From: Prasinococcaceae sp. CCMP 1430
Lineage: Eukaryota; Plantae; Prasinodermophyta
Reading direction: 5' to 3'
DNA length: 33,628 bases
Assembly (NCBI GenBank): GCA_013416795.1
Contig: RQSC01000030.1
Coordinates: 51,637 to 85,264 of the forward strand
Position 1 is the stretch's first letter. Each line of letters opens with the position of its first letter. Shown one piece after another: positions 17,984 through 25,480 of this stretch. Below the pieces are notes generated by a model. That model did no database searches. It was given only the letters and a program-made list of their open reading frames with translations, and had not been told where the DNA came from. Position numbers and translations under genes: made by a program.

Positions 17984-18489
17984 GCACACACTCAAGTAGA
18001 CACATCCGCACACTCACTCACGCGCTGACTGGCACCGGCGCGGCCGCGGGTGCTGCGAGGCGACGAAGGTTCGCGGCAGCATCACCCGCGTGCTGTACGA
18101 GTCGCAGGAGCGCGAGCTGCGGCGCACGCCGCGCTGGCCGGCGCGCTTCGCGGGGGGCGGCGCGGGCGGGGGCGACGCCGCAACCCCCGCCAACACCCGC
18201 TGACCTGGCTCCAGTCGGTCCAAGCGCTGCCCTGGCAGACGCCGCGCGGCGGCGCGCGCTGCTCGAGGCGGAGCTGCTGCCGCCCTCGGGCAGCGAGGAC
18301 GAGGGCGAGGGCGAGGGCGAGGGCGAGGGGGAGGAGGGGGGCGGCGAGGCGCAGCTCGCGGCGACGCTCGCGCCGCGCAACCGCAACCGCGGCTGGGGGG
18401 TGCGCACGTACGGCGACGAGCTCAGCTCGTCCGAGGACGAGGAGGGCGAGGAGGACGGGGCGGGGGGCGAGGGGGACGGCACGGGCTAG
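17518..18489 (+). CDS. EIF1AD: eIF1A-domain-containing protein (EIF1AD); exons 17518-17667, 17767-17907, 18069-about 18159, about 18239-18489 (last intron inferred and non-canonical)
   Basis: VARVVATRGSNQVEVE, LVLLPARFHKKLWIRRGGFVVV, KVRGSITRVLY, RWPARF, acidic tail with RNRNR; introns 17668-17766 (GTGAGC..CAG) and 17908-18068 (GTGCGC..AAG) with GCTGAC branch sites. Confidence 0.88.
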
Positions 18490-18586
18490 AGCGCCCGCCT
18501 GCGGCCTCCGCGTAGTACTCCCTGTCTAGATTGCAACGCGCGAGCGAGCGTTCGCGCACCTGCACTCGCGCAGCGCACGCGCGCGC

Positions 18587-18610
18587 ACATACACACACAG
18601 CGAACGCACC

Positions 18611-18662
<52 letters not shown>

Positions 18663-18730
18663 CGCATGCATTGAACGCACACACAGCGCACGCGCCGAAC
18701 ACACACGCAGCTCACACACAGCGCGCACGC
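18587..18730. repeat. (CA)n microsatellite downstream of eIF1AD
   Basis: Visible CA run of about 20 units plus degenerate flanks. Confidence 0.9.
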
Positions 18731-19740
18731 ACACGGCGCTCCGCCCCGCGCCCCGTCCAGCGCACCCCCTCGCCGGCCGAGAGAAAAAAACATTCTTTTT
18801 CCTTTTCCCGTTGAGAATTCCGCCCGAATTCGGCCGCAAAAAAAGAACTTTAAAAAAAAACAAAAAAAAAAAAAAAACGGGNNNNNNNNNNNNNNNNNNN
18901 NNNNNNNNNNNNNNNNNNNNNNNNNNNNNNNNNNNNNNNNNNNNNNNNNNNNNNNNNNNNNNNNNNNNNNNNNNNNNNNNNNNNNNNNNNNNNNNNNNNN
19001 NNNNNNNNNNNNNNNNNNNNNNNNNNNNNNNNNNNNNNNNNNNNNNNNNNNNNNNNNNNNNNNNNNNNNNNNNNNNNNNNNNNNNNNNNNNNNNNNNNNN
19101 NNNNNNNNNNNNNNNNNNNNNNNNNNNNNNNNNNNNNNNNNNNNNNNNNNNNNNNNNNNNNNNNNNNNNNNNNNNNNNNNNNNNNNNNNNNNNNNNNNNN
19201 NNNNNNNNNNNNNNNNNNNNNNNNNNNNNNNNNNNNNNNNNNNNNNNNNNNNNNNNNNNNNNNNNNNNNNNNNNNNNNNNNNNNNNNNNNNNNNNNNNNN
19301 NNNNNNNNNNNNNNNNNNNNNNNNNNNNNNNNNNNNNNNNNNNNNNNNNNNNNNNNNNNNNNNNNNNNNNNNNNNNNNNNNNNNNNNNNNNNNNNNNNNN
19401 NNNNNNNNNNNNNNNNNNNNNNNNNNNNNNNNNNNNNNNNNNNNNNNNNNNNNNNNNNNNNNNNNNNNNNNNNNNNNNNNNNNNNNNNNNNNNNNNNNNN
19501 NNNNNNNNNNNNNNNNNNNNNNNNNNNNNNNNNNNNNNNNNNNNNNNNNNNNNNNNNNNNNNNNNNNNNNNNNNNNNNNNNNNNNNNNNNNNNNNNNNNN
19601 NNNNNNNNNNNNNNNNNNNNNNNNNNNNNNNNNNNNNNNNNNNNNNNNNNNNNNNNNNNNNNNNNNNNNNNNNNNNNNNNNNNNNNNNNNNNNNNNNNNN
19701 NNNNNNNNNNNNNNNNNNNNNNNNNNNNNNNNNNNNNNNN

Positions 19741-19983
19741 GCAGCTGCGGGCGCTGCCGCGGGCGCCGCCGCCGCCGCGGCGGCGATGCCGCGCCCCATG
19801 TTCGGCTTTGGCATGCCCTTTGGCATGGGCTTCGGCATGCCCATGATGATGCCCTTCGGCATGGGCATGCCCATGATGATGATGGGCGGCGGCGGCTTCC
19901 TCGGTGGCTACCTGCTCTTCAAGATGGTGTCGCTCATCGCCGTCGTGTACCTCATCACGCGCATGACCAAGGACGACCGCTAA
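19741..19983 (+). CDS. C-terminal part of an unknown membrane protein with a Met/Gly/Phe/Pro-rich region and C-terminal TM helix; 5' part in gap 18882-19740
   Basis: GC3-biased frame MPRPMFGFGMPFGMGFGMPMMMPFGMGMPMMMMGGGGFLGGYLLFKMVSLIAVVYLITRMTKDDR*, with TGTAA at 20032. Confidence 0.75.
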   Translation, partial: AAAGAAAGAAAAAAAMPRPMFGFGMPFGMGFGMPMMMPFGMGMPMMMMGGGGFLGGYLLFKMVSLIAVVYLITRMTKDDR

Positions 19984-20133
19984 GCCGAGCGGATCGGCGG
20001 CTACCGCGCGGACATTCCTCGGTGTTCGATATGTAAGTGTTGTTCTACGTAGCGCGGGCCTCTCTCCATCGCGCGCGGCGCCGCCAGTCCGTACGTCGAA
20101 GCCGCCCACAGCGTGGTTTTTAAAATTGCTGGC

Positions 20134-21221
20134 CTACGCGGGCGGCGCTCCTGCGCCACTGCCGGCTCCGGCAGGCGCGCCCACTGGCGTCGACTGCGAT
20201 AGCACCCCGACGACAGATCTGCGAGTGCGAGCGGGCGCGCGTCAGACTCTTGCACGCGAGGGGGCGCACGCGAGCAAGGCCGCGCGGGAGCGCACCTGAG
20301 CCTGAGCGTCTCCGGGTGCGCCTCTCCAAGGGCCTTCTCCGCGATCTGCGCGGCGCGCGCGTAGTTGAGCACCGCGCCGCGGCCGTTTCGCATGCTGAGG
20401 TACACATCCCCCAGCGCGGCGTGCGCGCTCATGCACATGGTACTCTCTGCACCGCCGCCCTCGCAGGCCTTCGCACACGCCAGGGCGCGCAGCCCAAAGC
20501 CAACGGCCTCCTTGAAGAGCGCGACAGCCTCGGGTGGGAGGGTTTCTGGCAGCGTGTTCGCGCTGGCAAGGGTCGCCCCGTCAGTGAGCGCCTGCGAGGG
20601 CGTCGCACCGCATGCGACCAGCGCAGCCGACTGCCTCAGCTGGGAGACGCCCGACAGAGCCATGGCGTACTGTGGCGTCTCGCGCAGCGACGCCGCTTTG
20701 TCCGAGTCGCCCTCCGCGAGAGCGAGCGCCTCCTGGTATTTGGCATCCGCGCCGTCGTACTCCCGCAGCTCCAGGTGCACCGACGCGCGATGGCACAGCG
20801 CATCGATCTGCAGGGCCTCGGGCGTCACGCGGCCGTACAGGAAAATCTCGGCGCCGCCCTCCTCCTTGAGCCACTCCGGCGGCTCTGTGGCGATTCTGTG
20901 CAGCTTGTCGGCTGCCGCGGCTGCCTGCGGCGCGTGTGCGCGCCGGCCCGAGGAACGCTCCTCCTCCCAGGTCGAGCAAAGCCCCAGCAGCGCCGCGCAC
21001 ACGTGCATGGAGCCCTCGCCCATGTGCTGCTCGCCCTTAAGCATGAGCACCTCGTAGATGCCGCGCGCGTTCTCCGCGTCGCCCATCGCGCGCCGCAGCC
21101 GCAGCGCGGCCGCCATGCCCTGGTCGAACGCCCGCAGGTAGTCCGCGGCGTCGTCTGCCGGCGCCGCAGGAGGCCCATCCGCGCCGCCAACGCCGCCACT
21201 CGCCGGTGGCGAGTCCCCCAT
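20134..21221 (-). CDS. TPR-like helical-repeat protein (kinesin-light-chain-type TPR at the C-terminus); exons 21221-20296, 20218-20134
   Basis: ALCHRASVHLELREYDGADAKYQEALALAE and AHAALGDVYLSMRNGRGAVLNYARAAQIAEKALGEAHPETL; intron GTGCGC..TCTGAC..CAG 20295-20219. Confidence 0.75.
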
Positions 21222-21638
21222 CGTCGCCCGCCGGAGACGCCCGCCCGCGCCTGCGCGCNNNNNNNNNNNNNNNNNNNNNNNNNNNNNNNNNNNNNNNNNN
21301 NNNNNNNNNNNNNNNNNNNNNNNNNNNNNNNNNNNNNNNNNNNNNNNNNNNNNNNNNNNNNNNNNNNNNNNNNNNNNNNNNNNNNNNNNNNNNNNNNNNN
21401 NNNNNNNNNNNNNNNNNNNNNNNNNNNNNNNNNNNNNNNNNNNNNNNNNNNNNNNNNNNNNNNNNNNNNNNNNNNNNNNNNNNNNNNNNNNNNNNNNNNN
21501 NNNNNNNNNNNNNNNNNNNNCGCGATTTGGGGGGATGAGCGAGCGCTGATCAGCGCGCGCCACACCCGCGACGCGCCAGGCGGCGCTCCTCGCCCTCTCC
21601 TGCCTGCTGCTGCGCGATCGGCGGCGCGAGGGGGCGGG

Positions 21639-22299
21639 ATGGCGTGCTCTAGGTCGTCGACGGCGATGGCCGCGCCCGCGCGCGGCGCGGCGGCGCCGGC
21701 GGGTGGCGCGGCGGCCATGGAGGCGGCCCACGTCGCCGAGGCGGACGAGCTCCTGCGCGGTCTGAGAGAGAAAGTGCGCGCCATGGAGGCCGTGCACAAG
21801 TCGGTCGTGCGAATCGCTGCGCAGGCGGGCGCGCGCACACGCGAGCTCGGGCCGGGCAGAGCGGGAAAGGCCAAAGGCAAGGAGGGCGGCGGCGGCGGCG
21901 GCAGCAGCGAGCGCATCACCATGGCGACGCTGGGCGCGCAGCTGGCCGCACTCGCCTCTGAGGCCGAGAGTTCCTACGGTCGCGAGTGCGCGCTCGCGTC
22001 GGCCGCAGTCCAAGCCGCCGCTGCGCCCGCGGCGTGGGATGCGGCAGACGGTGGCGAGGCTGCGCTGGAGTCATTGGGCGCGCTGCTCGCGGCGCAACCG
22101 AATGTGGACGCCAGCCTCGAAGGGAGCCTACAGCTCAGGTGCGAGCTGCGCGGACACGCGCGAGCGCTGCTCGCCCGCGCGCCTCGCCCGCGCGCGCTTG
22201 CGCGCGCGCCGCTGACGCCGTGCGCTCGGCCGTGCAACAAGGCTCGACGGACTGCGAGAGATGCTCGATTGGGCCAGCACGAGCTCGCGCGCCATCTAG
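21639..22299 (+). CDS. Small helical protein, possibly of the C1orf109/AFG2-interacting (CK2S) family; exons 21639-22138, 22242-22299
   Basis: Protein-like frame with ESSYGRECALASAAV..LESLGALLAAQPNVD, recalling the plant family C-terminus (Y-x-x-E-x-x-L-K..L-x-x-LL-x-x-QPNI) from memory; intron GTGCGA..GCTGAC..AAG 22139-22241. The gene is likely, the family uncertain. Confidence 0.55.
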
Positions 22300-22593
22300 C
22301 GAACGAGCGCCATCGCTGCGACGCGCGAGGCGCGCGCTGGCCGGCCGGGCAAGGTTTCGCTCGACGGCGCTGCTCTAGCGGCGCTGCGCTCGAGCGCCCG
22401 CGGGGGCCTCCCGCGCTCCATCCCATCCCGACCCCCCGCGCGAGAGCGCGCAGGCAGTGGCCACTTGTTGTATCATACGTGGACTGTACGGCATATGCGT
22501 CCATCGCCGCCGCCCGCGCGCCCGCCCACGCGCGCGCGCGCGCGCGCGCTCCTTCAGCGCCCGGGGTAGCGAGCTGTCGCACGCCGCGGATGC

Positions 22594-23205
22594 TCAGCGG
22601 CCGTTGCCGAGGCCGAGAAACCAGAAGAGCGAGGGCATGCCCGGCGCCGGGGCGCGCGCGGCGTCCTGTCCGTATACGGACACCTGGGCGTGGGATGGGG
22701 TGAACAGGAAGATGCCGTCGCCGACGTTCTCGACGTGGCCGCCCAGCGCGATCGTCGAGCCCGCGAGGAAGTCCACCGCGCGCTGCGCCTCGATCGGGTC
22801 GGCGAAGCCGCGCGTGGAGAACACGAGCGCCTTGCCCGCGCGCAGCTCCTCGGTGGCCGCGTCCCACACCTGCTCGAAGCTCTCCGGCTCGAGGCGCATC
22901 ATGGCGTAGTACTCCGAGTGCTCCGAGTGGTAGCTCTGCTCGGGGCCCTGCGTCACGTCGAGCATGGCCGGCGCCGCGTAGCGGGCACCCGTGGCGTGCT
23001 GCGCGTGCTGCGCGGGCGCGTGCTGCGCCGCGAGCGCGGTCGCGCCGCCCAGCAGCGCGAAGCTCGTTCGGCGACGGGTGCACGAGCCCGCCGCGCGGCC
23101 GCCCGCCGCGCAGTGGCAGCAGCACCCCCTCGACCGCGCCCGACGCAGCTCTATCCGCGCCCCGCAGCGGGGGGGGGGGAAGGAGGGGGGCGTCCAGGGT
23201 GGCAC
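22594..23205 (-). CDS. sepF: SepF (YlmF/Cdv2) cell-division protein homologue with N-terminal extension; core 22890-22678; true start unresolved (track start is GTG, first in-frame ATG at 22965)
   Basis: EPESFEQ..LRAGKALVF..DPIEAQRAVDFLAGSTIALGGHVENVGDGIFLFTPSHAQVS matches the SepF core (EP-x-SF..AQR-x-VDF-x-x-G-x-x-x-A-x-x-G-H..-x-G-x-x-IFLFTP-x-x-V-x-VS); near-100% GC3 host-like codons. Confidence 0.9.
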   Translation of the reverse strand: MPPWTPPSFPPPRCGARIELRRARSRGCCCHCAAGGRAAGSCTRRRTSFALLGGATALAAQHAPAQHAQHATGARYAAPAMLDVTQGPEQSYHSEHSEYYAMMRLEPESFEQVWDAATEELRAGKALVFSTRGFADPIEAQRAVDFLAGSTIALGGHVENVGDGIFLFTPSHAQVSVYGQDAARAPAPGMPSLFWFLGLGNGR

Positions 23206-24136
23206 CCAAACCCCACCCCAAACTTCCCTCCCATTTCACGGCAATCAAATACATCGCTCGCGTCGGCAAAGCGCCGCACACAACACCATTCCCCTCATCA
23301 CATCCCCGCGCGCATCGAATCCACGCGCTCCAAACATGACCTTCTGCGTTTTACCTTTGGGTACGTCGATGCATGCGGGCGGAGTACCCCGGTGCGCGTT
23401 GGATGATCCTGGTACGATCCAAAGCAGACCCCGTCTTTGCGGGTGCTCGAACCGGTTGTTCCGCGGGTTTCGACCGGGGTCACGTACGCCCGGACGAGGG
23501 TTTGGTTCGCAGGTTCAATCCGGGGGGGATCTCGCACCCGTGGAGATCTCGGATCGCGCGGGCAGCGGATAACAGCACTCCCTCCCTTCTGTCCCGGTCT
23601 GAGCCCCGCCCATCCGGGGAAAACCTCCCAACGCGAACGCACACACCGGGTCTATCGCCCGGGCGCACCCGGGGGACGCGCCCGATTGCCCGGGGATGCG
23701 GAGGCTCCGACGAGCCAGGCCAGTCGGCGTGGGTGGATTCGATGATGCTGTCACACCACGAGTTATGAGTATCTCCCGTGGGTATGTTTGAGGTGAATGT
23801 AGATGTGGTATTTTGATGGCGCTCGGGGGGCCGGGGGGGACGGCGAAACGGGCCTCGAACGGACGCGCGCGCGCAGGCGCGCGCGCTCCCCCCTCCACAC
23901 ACCCGCTCCCCCCACCCTTCCCCCCCCCCTGCGCGCCACACCACACGCGCACTCCCACCACTCCCAACACCGCCACATACGCACCGCACACACGTTTCTC
24001 TGTCTCGCGCGCGCTCGCGCCCCGCCCGCGCGCGCGCGCGCGCGAATAATTTTCGAATTCGCGCGCCGCCGGACGCGCGGACGCGTTCCCGCCAAAAAAA
24101 AGAAAATAAAAAGAAAAAGAAAAAGAAAAAATGGGT

Positions 24137-24408
24137 GGAAGTCCGTCCGACCGTACGGCGAATGGCCGAATGCCCAAAAAAGAAAAAAGAAAAAAGAAAA
24201 AGAAAAAGTGGGGGGAGGTCCTTCGGACCGTATGTATTGCGAATGGCCAAATGCCAAAAAATGAAAAAGAAAAAGAAAAGAAAAAGGAAAAGGAAGGGGA
24301 GGTCCGTCCGACCGTATGTACGGCGGATGGCCGAATGCCAAAAAAGAAAAAAAGAAAAAGAAAAAAGAAAAAGTGGCGGGAGGTCCGACAGACCGTACGG
24401 CGAATGCC
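24137..24408 (+). repeat. Four-copy tandem repeat of about 80 bp: conserved core ggaggtccgtccgaccgta(tgta)cggcgaatggccgaatgcc separated by (GAAAAA)n tracts
   Basis: Cores at 24137-24175, 24214-24255, 24298-24339, 24379-24408; periods 77, 84, 81. Confidence 0.92.
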
Positions 24409-24594
24409 GCGCGTCGGTCTCGAATCAACGCATGATAGTGCTTTCCCGTGGGGCGCGTACACGCGCGCGCGCGACTCGCATTGCCGCCACGCGCCGCAGA
24501 GCGGAGCCCATCAGATCGCATCGAGTGCGTGCCGTCGACTCGGGAGTGTTTGAGTTTCGATGCTTTGTTTGGGTGCGGGCTTCGGTTTCGGCGC

Positions 24595-24694
24595 GGCAGT
24601 GCGTTTTGATGCGGCGGCGTTCCCCGGCAGTGCGTTTTGATGCGGCGGCGTTCCCCCGCGCGCGCGCGCGCGCGCGCGCGCGCGCGCGCGCGCG
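24595..24694 (+). repeat. Exact 31-bp tandem duplication (24595-24625, 24626-24656) followed by a pure (CG)19 tract (24657-24694)
   Basis: ggcagtgcgttttgatgcggcggcgttcccc twice, then 38 alternating C/G bases. Confidence 0.95.
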
Positions 24695-24749
24695 TTTGAA
24701 CCGCGCGCAGGCGCAGGCGCAGGGCGGGGCGGGGCCGCGGAAGGCCCCT

Positions 24750-24799
24750 GGGCGGGGGCAAGGGCCAGGGCCAGGGCCAGGGCCAGGGCAGGGCAGGGG
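24750..24799 (+). repeat. (GGGCCA)n/(GGGCA)n G-tract repeat with G-quadruplex consensus
   Basis: At least 8 GGG runs separated by 1-3 nt. Confidence 0.7.
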
Positions 24800-25165
24800 T
24801 GGCCCCGAGCCCCCACTCCCGTGTCCGCGCCACGGTCGCGCCACCTGGCGCGATCCCACACCCACCCACACACACACTCGCGCGCCACACACCTTCCTGT
24901 GGGGAGGCCTCCCCACCACCACCACCTGGCGCGCCTCCGCTCCGGGGCGCGCCACACGGACGGCGGCGGCGTGCCCGCGCGCACGCGCGCCGGGAGCCGC
25001 CCGGCCAGGCGCGGTCGGAGCGGCTGCGCTGCCTCGAGCTCCCTAGGGTTGGCCCGCTCCCGGCTCGGGCGCGCCGCGCCGCCGACGGCTGCCCAGCCCG
25101 CGTTGCGCGCGTGCGCGAGAAAGCGAGAGCGTGGCAGGGTTGCTGACGCGGCGCGCCGCGCGCAG

Positions 25166-25444
25166 AGTTTCCGCCCGGCTTCAACCCGTCGTCGGTGAAG
25201 CTGGCGCTCGACGGCGGGGCGCGGACGGCGCTGACGCGCGCCGACGGCGGCTTCGCCTTCGACGACGTGCTGCCGGGCGTCTACCTCCTCGAAGCGCACG
25301 CGGTGGGGTACACGTTCCCGCAGCTGCGCGTCGAGGTGACGCCGTCCTCCGCGGACGGCGTGGTGCGGTGGGCGACGGCGGCCACCAAGGTTCGCGCGCG
25401 CCCACCCACACATGCACACGACTTCATCACACACACACACACAT

Positions 25445-25480
<36 letters not shown>

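Noticed and set aside
22594-23205. Bacterial contamination as the source of sepF
   Set aside because: Host-like codon usage, no operon neighbours, and contiguous gap-free sequence with intron-containing genes on both sides; read-level confirmation is still advisable
23512-23521. Pol III B-box-like GGTTCAATCC (tRNA or SINE)
   Set aside because: Flanks do not form a T-stem, and there is no A-box or cloverleaf
23390-23760. Possible MITE in the sepF upstream island
   Set aside because: Only short partial inverted matches; no clear terminal inverted repeats or target-site duplication
24137-24408. CRISPR-like repeat/spacer appearance
   Set aside because: The spacers are all low-complexity GAAAAA tracts, the repeats vary in length, there are no cas genes, and the context is eukaryotic
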